From contig JAAFJE010000004.1 of assembly GCA_013298025.1 (NCBI GenBank), positions 178,528 through 242,527 on the forward strand: a DNA stretch of 64,000 nucleotides. Reading direction: 5' to 3'. How positions within the stretch are numbered: the stretch's first letter is position 1; each line of letters starts with the position of its first letter. Of the stretch, positions 57,055-64,000 are shown in pieces. Below the pieces are notes generated by a model. That model ran no database searches. It worked only from the letters and a program-made list of their open reading frames with translations, and was not told the origin of the DNA. The DNA comes from Cytophagales bacterium (GTDB lineage: Bacteria > Bacteroidota > Bacteroidia > Cytophagales > Spirosomataceae). Position numbers and translations under genes: made by a program.

Positions 57055-58551
57055 ATGAAAAAAATATATGTAGTAGCTGCTTTGGCGATGACTGGCTTGT
57101 TGACAAGCTGTGAAAGTCAACTCGACCAAAAGCCTATTTCTAGCTCAACAACGCTTACTTTTTACCAAAGTAACAACGACTTTTTGCAAGGAGTAAATGC
57201 CATTTATGCTTCGTTGGTGACATTTCCCGAACGTCAACTTAATTTATCAGAAACCCGTTCCGATAACTTGTATGCAGTGTCAGACGGTGGCGTGCGTGAC
57301 TGGGAGGGCATCAATAGTTTTCATCAAACTTTGGCATCAAACCCTTATTTATCAGAAGCATGGGCAACCAACTATCAAGGTATTTTCAAAGCCAATACTT
57401 TGTTAGAACAATTGGCAGTAAATGGTTCGGTGATTACAGATGCGGCATTGAAAACACGCTTTGAAGCCGAAGCCAAATTTTTACGTGCTTTGTATTATTT
57501 TGATTTGGTACGTTGGTTTGGTAAAGTGCCATTGATTACAAAAGTAGTTTCTCAAAACGAAGCTACGACGATTCCCCGTAGCTCGGTTGCTGATGTATAT
57601 CAGCAAATTATTGCCGATTTTCAATTTGCCGCTCAAAACCTGCCCGTTTCTTATACTTCTACCAATATTGGTAGAGCTACCAGTTATGCCGCTAAGGCTT
57701 ATTTGGCGTTGGTCTATATGACTCGTTCGGGAGCTACGTATGGCATTGAAGGCCCAGGTTTAGGTGTAAACGAATGGTCGCAGGCACTTACGTTGCTCAA
57801 CGAAATTATCAGTAGTGGTAAATATAGCCTCCAAAATACCTATGCAGGTGTGTTTTCATACAGCAACGAAAACAACGCAGAGGTTCTATTCGATGTGCAG
57901 TATATCAGTGGAGGCTTGGGCTTAGGGGCTTCATTCCCTTGGGTGTTAGCACCTGACACCTATTTTACGGCTAATGGCTTGGCGGCTCAAGGTGGACTTA
58001 CCATTCGCCCTGTTTCCAATGATTTGTTGAATGCTTACGAAACAGGCGATGTGCGTAAAAGCTTCTCTGTTTTATCGGGTTATACAGCCAATGGTGTGCA
58101 AGAAACACGCTCGTTCTTCAAAAAGTATATCGACCTTTCTAAGTATGGTAAAAGCCGTACCGATTGGCCTATCAACTTTATTGCTATGCGTTATGCCGAT
58201 ATTCTTTTGTTGAAAGCCGAATGTATCTTGCGAACCAATAACGGAACATCAACTACAGAAGCACTCGCTTTGGTTAACCAAATTCGTAAAAGGGCTGGAT
58301 TGGCAGATGCTACCACGCTCACTTACGCAAGCCTATTGAACGAAAGACGTAAAGAGTTTGCCGCAGAAGGTTCTCGTTGGCACGATTTGGTACGTTTTGG
58401 GGTAGTGGACCAAGTGATTCCTGCATGGATTGCCCAAGAGGATGTCCAAAAACAAATGAAAGCATTTACGCCCAATTATGTGATTTATCCTATTCCTCAG
58501 TCTGAATTAGATGTGAAAAAAGGATTGTATCAGCAAAATACTGGATACTAG
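57055..58551 (+). CDS. susD: RagB/SusD lipoprotein
   Basis: Lipobox LTSC, EAKFLRALYYFDLVR, ERRKEFAAEGSRWHDLVR. Confidence 0.95.
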   Translation: MKKIYVVAALAMTGLLTSCESQLDQKPISSSTTLTFYQSNNDFLQGVNAIYASLVTFPERQLNLSETRSDNLYAVSDGGVRDWEGINSFHQTLASNPYLSEAWATNYQGIFKANTLLEQLAVNGSVITDAALKTRFEAEAKFLRALYYFDLVRWFGKVPLITKVVSQNEATTIPRSSVADVYQQIIADFQFAAQNLPVSYTSTNIGRATSYAAKAYLALVYMTRSGATYGIEGPGLGVNEWSQALTLLNEIISSGKYSLQNTYAGVFSYSNENNAEVLFDVQYISGGLGLGASFPWVLAPDTYFTANGLAAQGGLTIRPVSNDLLNAYETGDVRKSFSVLSGYTANGVQETRSFFKKYIDLSKYGKSRTDWPINFIAMRYADILLLKAECILRTNNGTSTTEALALVNQIRKRAGLADATTLTYASLLNERRKEFAAEGSRWHDLVRFGVVDQVIPAWIAQEDVQKQMKAFTPNYVIYPIPQSELDVKKGLYQQNTGY

Positions 58552-58585
58552 AAAGGTCTCTTGGGTGAGATAAGTTTACAAAGTT

Positions 58586-58615
58586 TGGCGTGCTACACAA
58601 GCACGCCATTTTTTT
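58586..58615 (+). terminator. intrinsic terminator
   Basis: TGGCGTGCT-ACACA-AGCACGCCA followed by a T-run. Confidence 0.8.
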
Positions 58616-58723
58616 ATGGGGGAATAGCCAAGAATGACGCTACAATCATTTTTTATTGTATATTTGAGTACAAATAATTGTTATGACAAATAGATACATT
58701 AGCACGTTGTAATACTATACTCC

Positions 58724-59170
58724 ATGACCACCAACCCTAACGACACAAGAGCGTATTTTTTTAAAATAGATACAACCATTAAAAAAATACGGCAAATCCT
58801 ACAAAAAAAATTAGATGCCGCCGGACTCGACATTACCGTTGACCAATGGGTGCTACTCGACCATGTGTTTAGGTTTCAAGAAACAGGTATTAGCCAAAAT
58901 GAATTGGCTGAAATGACCGTTAAAGACGCTCCAACGGTTACTCGAATTATCGACTTGCTTGTAAAAAAAGGACTTGCCCTAAGAACAATGGCAGAAAACG
59001 ACCGTCGCCGTTTTATTATTCATCTGACCGACATGGGTATTGAAAAATACCAAGAGGCGTATCCGATTGTAGTTGAAGTAAGAAGAAAAGGCTGGGGGAA
59101 TTTATCGGAAGAAGATTACAAAGTTTTCGTTAGAATTTTGGATTCGATTTACGTCAATATCAATACATAA
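58724..59170 (+). CDS. MarR family transcriptional regulator
   Basis: ITVDQWVLL, SQNELAE...KDAPTVTRIIDLL..KG, DRRRF; TATATTTG promoter box at 58659-58666. Confidence 0.92.
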   Translation: MTTNPNDTRAYFFKIDTTIKKIRQILQKKLDAAGLDITVDQWVLLDHVFRFQETGISQNELAEMTVKDAPTVTRIIDLLVKKGLALRTMAENDRRRFIIHLTDMGIEKYQEAYPIVVEVRRKGWGNLSEEDYKVFVRILDSIYVNINT

Positions 59171-59188
59171 GCTTATCGACTATTCATT

Positions 59189-59219
59189 AAAAAAGGTTGC
59201 TCACCGAGCAACCTTTTTT
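59189..59219. terminator. bidirectional terminator
   Basis: AAAAAAGGTTGCTC-ACC-GAGCAACCTTTTTT. Confidence 0.8.
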
Positions 59220-59266
59220 GTTATATCAAAACAAATGACTAAACATCAATTACTTACAAAAGTGTA

Positions 59267-59797
59267 TTAGTCTTTTTTATCTTTAGAAGATTCGTGCGTA
59301 GAGAAAACTCTCTTGATGCTTACGAAACGTTTTTTATAATAATCAGATTCTAAATAATCATAGCGAATACCTCCATTCCAAGCTGAGTGAATAAACTTGA
59401 CATACTTGTCGGTCACTTCTGTCACAATGCCAACGTGTCCTACTCTGCTTTGTTTAGAATTATGTCCTTTGAAAAAAATCAAATCTCCGGGCAAGGCTTC
59501 TGTACGTGCTACGGTGTTGCCTAACAAGCTTTGGGCTGCACTGCCATGCGGAAGTACCATGCCAAAGTTTTTGAAACAATATCGCACAAAGCCCGAACAA
59601 TCGAACCCCTTGGTGCTTGTACCGCCCGAACGATACCTAAAATGCAAATGCTCGTCGGCAAAATCGAGGAGGCCATTGACAAAGCTAAAAGAAGTAGCCG
59701 AAGATTTGTGCGTCGTAGAATCAGTCTGTATCGACTGTCCTTTGAGCATGGCACTTATACTTGCAAAAAATACGGTAAATAGGATTTTTTTCAGCAT
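59267..59797 (-). CDS. NlpC/P60 (C40) cell-wall peptidase
   Basis: YRSGG...GFDCSGF, PGDLIFF, GHVGI, FIHS; start MLKK at 59797. Confidence 0.92.
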   Translation of the reverse strand: MLKKILFTVFFASISAMLKGQSIQTDSTTHKSSATSFSFVNGLLDFADEHLHFRYRSGGTSTKGFDCSGFVRYCFKNFGMVLPHGSAAQSLLGNTVARTEALPGDLIFFKGHNSKQSRVGHVGIVTEVTDKYVKFIHSAWNGGIRYDYLESDYYKKRFVSIKRVFSTHESSKDKKD

Positions 59798-60016
59798 AAT
59801 ATTCGTCAAAGTATCTGATTAGTGTAAGCAAATTAGGTAAAAAATTTCACTTTTAAAAGATTTTTTGCCTAAAAACAAGCTTTTTTCTAATATCTCCCTG
59901 ATTATCAAAATAGTATTTTTTGAATATTACTTTAAAATAAAACCATGAAGTTGGTCAATAGCTATCGTTTTTTATAATTCTACTTTAAATTTATTTGGTT
60001 GAACTATGGCATTTTT

Positions 60017-61402
60017 CTACCAAACATACGTAGCTACTGCTTTGGCTGGAAGGTTTTGTAAGAGTTGTTTGCCCCTATAACTAATCACAAAATCGGTTGT
60101 TTTGTCCGATTCATTGTGTATCAATAGCACAATTTTCCCTGTAGGTGTTTGATAAGCTATATTAGGCAAAGACATCGTCGTATTGGAGGCAATCCGAACC
60201 GAGCTAGGGCGGACAAATTTGGCGGTATGAGCCACAATATAATAGGCTGGATTGCGTACTACTTGGTCGCCTTCGATGGTTACAGCACCCAAGCATTGCG
60301 TACAGCCGCCTTCGGTATGTGGGTTTTGCTGGGCATCGGCCGCCAAATTCCATTCCAATACCGTTTTACACCAGTTACGCACGGCATCAATCATGAGGGT
60401 TTTGGTATGCCAAGCAAAATCGCCAGCAAAATTGCCCGGTGCACCAATCCATTGCTCGGTAAAATATAAATGTTTGTCGGGATGGGCTTCATGCACTTGT
60501 CGAATGCTTTCTACCGAACCACCATACAAATGAAATGCCGTACCCGCAATAAATTTACGTGCTTCGGGGTCGTTTAATATTTGTATGGGATAATCGGGGC
60601 GGTCGGCGTTGTGGTCGTAAATCAAGATTTTGGTTTTGATTTGGGCTTTTACAAAAGCTTTGCCTAGGCTTTTTTTGATAAAATCGGCTTGTTCTTGTGG
60701 GTACATCAGCAAACTGGGATTGTTGCCCGGATGCAAGGGCTCGTTTTGTACCGTAATGGCATCGAGGCGAATCCCTTCTTGTTGCATGGCTTTGATGTAT
60801 TTGACCAGATACAAGGCATAAGCATCGTACCATTCGGGTTTAAGGCTACCTCCTTTCGAGGCGGCGTTGGTTTTCATCCATAGGGGAGGAGTCCACGGAG
60901 AACCGAGGAATTTGATATGCGGATTGACGGCTAAGATTTCTTTCAATACAGGAATCAAATCTTTTTTTTCCTCCGATAAATCAAAATGCTGCATTTGGGG
61001 GTCGGTTTTTCCTGTGGGCAAATCGTTGTAAGTAAATACATGGTCGCTCAAATCGGAAGCCCCAATGCTTAGGCGTAAATAACTTATGCCAATTTGCTTG
61101 CCGTTTACGCCGAAAAGTTCTTGCAAAAGGGCTTTTCGAGCGGGCAAACTCATGCGATGCAACAAGGTAGCACTACCACCTGTGAGCGTAAAGCCGAAGC
61201 CATCCATCGCCTGAAAGCGTTGTTTTTCGTTGATAAAAATGATTGGCAAATGGCTATTTTGGGATTGAAAAACGAGCTTGTCGCTTTGTTTTTCAAATAG
61301 TTTGGACTGGTCGCTGTGAGTTAGCCAACGTTCGGCTTGTTGTGCATACAACGTTAGGCTACTAGCCAAAGCCAGTAGCAAAAGAGGAAGTTTTTTTTTC
61401 AT
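60017..61402 (-). CDS. GH30 glycoside hydrolase (glucosylceramidase / endo-beta-1,6-glucanase-like)
   Basis: SYLRLSIGASD, GSPWTPP, TVQNEP acid/base, YFTEQW nucleophile. Confidence 0.92.
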   Translation of the reverse strand: MKKKLPLLLLALASSLTLYAQQAERWLTHSDQSKLFEKQSDKLVFQSQNSHLPIIFINEKQRFQAMDGFGFTLTGGSATLLHRMSLPARKALLQELFGVNGKQIGISYLRLSIGASDLSDHVFTYNDLPTGKTDPQMQHFDLSEEKKDLIPVLKEILAVNPHIKFLGSPWTPPLWMKTNAASKGGSLKPEWYDAYALYLVKYIKAMQQEGIRLDAITVQNEPLHPGNNPSLLMYPQEQADFIKKSLGKAFVKAQIKTKILIYDHNADRPDYPIQILNDPEARKFIAGTAFHLYGGSVESIRQVHEAHPDKHLYFTEQWIGAPGNFAGDFAWHTKTLMIDAVRNWCKTVLEWNLAADAQQNPHTEGGCTQCLGAVTIEGDQVVRNPAYYIVAHTAKFVRPSSVRIASNTTMSLPNIAYQTPTGKIVLLIHNESDKTTDFVISYRGKQLLQNLPAKAVATYVW

Positions 61403-61716
61403 AGTTATTGGGTCTTATATGTGCTTTGTAGCATTTATTTACCAGCAAATTTGAGCATTTTACTGGTATTTTCAAGCTTTTGGAAAAGGAGAAATTAATG
61501 TAGTCTTGTTACAAAGCATCACAGACAACATATTTTTTCGGATGAGATAAATTATCGGGCGGAGTCAGCATCTTTAGTGCGTCCATTAAACAGAATGGCA
61601 ATTTTCTGAGCTACCCTGTAGTGTCGAATGTAAAAGTATTCACTTATAACTGAATTATACAAATAGTCATTTCACCTTTAAGCTAATGAGAAGTAGGAAA
61701 AGTATTCTTCACACTT

Positions 61717-61835
61717 AGATAGTCGTGAGTATAAGCAGTGGCAGGCTTCGTTGCTACTTCGGTATCCAATGTGATTTAACTTGCGAGACGTGCCGCTTGA
61801 TGTGCTACAGCTACTGCTTATGCTCTTTGTTGGCA
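61717..61835 (-). mobile_element. attC-like cassette recombination site (R' box degenerate)
   Basis: Minus strand reads TGCCAAC-N5-GCATAAGC(AGT)...(ACT)GCTTATAC-N5-ACTATCT; the complementary GTTGGCA lies upstream of the cassette (62924-62930). Confidence 0.45.
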
Positions 61836-62375
61836 ACTAGCAATTTTTTCTTCAATCTCATCAATAAATATTTTAAAATCAAGATTGTTTTCTATTATTG
61901 AATTAAAGTTTAATTTTAAATTAGCAAATCCAATAGGTGTCTTTGTAAAACCTAGTTCCTTTAACTTATTCTTTTGAGATTTTAAATCCATTTTTTTTAT
62001 TGAGTTCAAATCTCCTATGCTACTTGACAATATCCAAGTTTCAAGCATTGGGTCAATCGGAACGATTGTAACACTGTCTATTAATCCAGAATCTTGAATA
62101 GGTGTGATTAAATAGTTTTTCTGATTCTCTATGTCTTGATTGTCAGTGTCAAAAAGTATGAAAACATGTTCAACACCAATTTGCAAAAACGAAGAAATTA
62201 CAATTTTAGCAGAAGATGCAAGCGATGCTTTCCCAGACATAATAACAATCTCTGCAACAAATCTATCTTGAAAGTACTCACTTACTAATTGTTTTATAAA
62301 TAAAGCATCTGTTGGACCTTCTACTATAAATCCAAGTATTATTTTACTTTCTCTATTTTCTATATTCTTTCTCAT
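61818..62375 (-). CDS. TOPRIM-like protein (DUF4276/RloB-like)
   Basis: FIVEGPTD, ILFDTD and LETWIL motifs; AT-rich; ATGA overlap with the upstream gene. Confidence 0.65.
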   Translation of the reverse strand: MRKNIENRESKIILGFIVEGPTDALFIKQLVSEYFQDRFVAEIVIMSGKASLASSAKIVISSFLQIGVEHVFILFDTDNQDIENQKNYLITPIQDSGLIDSVTIVPIDPMLETWILSSSIGDLNSIKKMDLKSQKNKLKELGFTKTPIGFANLKLNFNSIIENNLDFKIFIDEIEEKIASCQQRA

Positions 62376-62893
62376 TTGACCTTATTCAATTTTAGTAGTT
62401 GCAAATGTGTTGAGTGTTCATACAAGACGCTACCATAAAGTGCCGCATTTCTTAGTTTTATTTCTAATATTTCGGAAAAGGAATAAGCAGGTGAAAAGCA
62501 GTCTTTAATGTCTCCACTCGTAAACAATAGTGTATCAATTGTTTTGCCTTTTTCTAAGGCAGAAGGAGCGTCTAAGGAGAAATCACTCATAGAAATAAAG
62601 ATTCCAAGCGAACCTATTAATTTTCCTCTCATCTTTCCTTGTAACGAATAAAAGTTTGAAGCACACATTGGTTTAGATTCCCATTTACACTCAATATGAA
62701 AAAATCTATGCTTGAACTCAAACATACCATCAATTTGCTCTCCTGTCGATTTGTAAGAAAATGAGGGATTAAGGTTTTCTAATTCAAGCAATTCATTAAT
62801 TAATTTTTCAAAAGCAAACCCCCTCTTTTTACCTGTTTTACTATTGCTTTTCAGGTCATTAAACTCTTTGATTAAATCTGCTTTAGTTTTCAT
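62372..62893 (-). CDS. Mrr-like PD-(D/E)xK restriction endonuclease
   Basis: RG.AFE (KRGFAFEKLI), EQIDG...IECKW, GIFISMSDFS. Confidence 0.8.
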   Translation of the reverse strand: MKTKADLIKEFNDLKSNSKTGKKRGFAFEKLINELLELENLNPSFSYKSTGEQIDGMFEFKHRFFHIECKWESKPMCASNFYSLQGKMRGKLIGSLGIFISMSDFSLDAPSALEKGKTIDTLLFTSGDIKDCFSPAYSFSEILEIKLRNAALYGSVLYEHSTHLQLLKLNKVK

Positions 62894-63113
62894 CTATTTG
62901 GTGGTGTCTATTCTTTTACTTGTTGCCAACTTGTTGTATAAGTCTTTATTTTTTAAGATGTATTACATAGCTAAAATACTGATAATAAATTAGATAAAAA
63001 AGTATAGCAGCAAAATTCTTTTGTCTTATTTTCGGTTCAAGATGGTTGAGATGAAAAGACTAAACAAAGTAAATACAGCAATATTTTTTGTCAAAAGCCC
63101 AATCATAAACCTG

Positions 63114-63284
63114 TTATGCTCCAAATCCTTTGAGCATTTTTACAAAATCGTCTTCGTATTTTTTAAGGGCTTTCAATAGCTCTTGCAGCTCTTTATGCTC
63201 TGGTGTACCGGGTTTTGCGTTGAAAATTTCGTCGGCTCTTGCCGAAGCTTTTTCGTAGTCGCTTTCGTTTTTGATTTCTTTCAT
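63114..63284 (-). CDS. small protein resembling the HigA antitoxin N-terminal domain
   Basis: IKNESDYEKA..RADEIFNAKPGTPEHKELQEL...YE; 56 aa, no HTH. Confidence 0.7.
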   Translation of the reverse strand: MKEIKNESDYEKASARADEIFNAKPGTPEHKELQELLKALKKYEDDFVKMLKGFGA

Positions 63285-63345
63285 GGCGATAAATAAAGCT
63301 TGAAACCCTTGGCAAAAGCTAACTGTTGCCAAGGGTAATGTATTG

Positions 63346-64000
63346 TTACAATTGTTCAAATACTCTTTCCATCGAAACGGCAAAACCGATTTTCTCACGG
63401 AGGTCGGCAATGGCTACACGTTCTTGCTCCATGCTATCACGGTGACGAATCGTTACGGTATTGTCTTCCATCGTTTGGTAATCTACGGCAATACAGAATG
63501 GCGTTCCTACCAAATCTTGGCGGGTATAACGTTTTCCGATCGCTCCGCCTTCATCGTAAGTTACGTTGAACGAGCGTTTGAGCGAATGATAAATCTCTTG
63601 TGCTTTTTCGGACAAACCATCCTTTTTTACCAATGGCAATACCGCAGCCTTGATTGGAGCAACCGATGGATGGAATTTCAAATACGTTCTTTCTTTGGCA
63701 GCTTCGCCTTCGCCTACGACTTCGTTGGTATAGGCATTGCAAAGTACAGCCAAGAAAAGGCGGTCTGCACCCACAGACGTTTCTACCACATAAGGAATAT
63801 AATTGCCATAAGGTTTACCGTTGTCGTCTAAGTCGGCATCGAAATATTGTTGTTTTTTCTTCGACAACTCTTGGTGCGATTTTAGGTCGAAATCGGTACG
63901 TGAGTGAATCCCTTCCATTTCTTTGAAACCAAACGGAAACTGATACTCGATGTCCACGGCGGCGTTGGCGTAGTGAGCCAATTTCTCGTGGTCGTGGTAA
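63346..64000 (-). CDS. glyS: glycine--tRNA ligase, eukaryote-like class (3' part; runs off right edge)
   Basis: LAHYANAAVDIEY.FPFG..E.EGIHSRTDFDL, PYVVETSVGADR, IGKRYTRQD..GTPFC. Confidence 0.97.
   Translation of the reverse strand, partial: YHDHEKLAHYANAAVDIEYQFPFGFKEMEGIHSRTDFDLKSHQELSKKKQQYFDADLDDNGKPYGNYIPYVVETSVGADRLFLAVLCNAYTNEVVGEGEAAKERTYLKFHPSVAPIKAAVLPLVKKDGLSEKAQEIYHSLKRSFNVTYDEGGAIGKRYTRQDLVGTPFCIAVDYQTMEDNTVTIRHRDSMEQERVAIADLREKIGFAVSMERVFEQL

Noticed and set aside
61500-61700. Possible gene remnant downstream of the attC-like site (minus frame ...YFYIRHYRVAQKIAILFNG...)
   Set aside because: Under 40 codons, no good start codon, and no family I can support
226-63926. Many short ORF-track entries overlapping larger genes (e.g. 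1175-1471, 30505-30966, 41093-41533, 63343-63831)
   Set aside because: They are antisense or alternate-frame shadows of well-supported genes or rnpB, with no recognisable motifs

Overview
Chromosomal window from an AT-rich Bacteroidota genome. Gene content (SusC/SusD pairs, DUF4494, DUF2723, DUF4403, class-II glyQS) and TAnnTTTG promoter boxes point to Cytophagales; this placement is inference. It holds housekeeping genes (dusB, cdsA, SUI1, riboflavin synthase, pheS, partial glyS, RNase P RNA), four glycoside hydrolases (GH3, GH29, GH30 and a frameshifted GH20), two SusC/SusD loci without embedded CAZymes, a ModE-TauE-TonB receptor cluster with two ModE-like boxes, a creD module with a shared operator, a Septu-like ATPase+HNH pair, and a two-gene nuclease cassette with attC-like ends. 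The most striking unexplained structure is in the 1.3 kb gap at 51.0-52.3 kb. It appears to hold two tandem non-coding transcription units: the first has three CCGCCA motifs at or near hairpin loops, and the second has three hairpins with the complementary loop TGGCGG. They also share longer complementary modules. All product calls come from motif recognition; no database searches were run.
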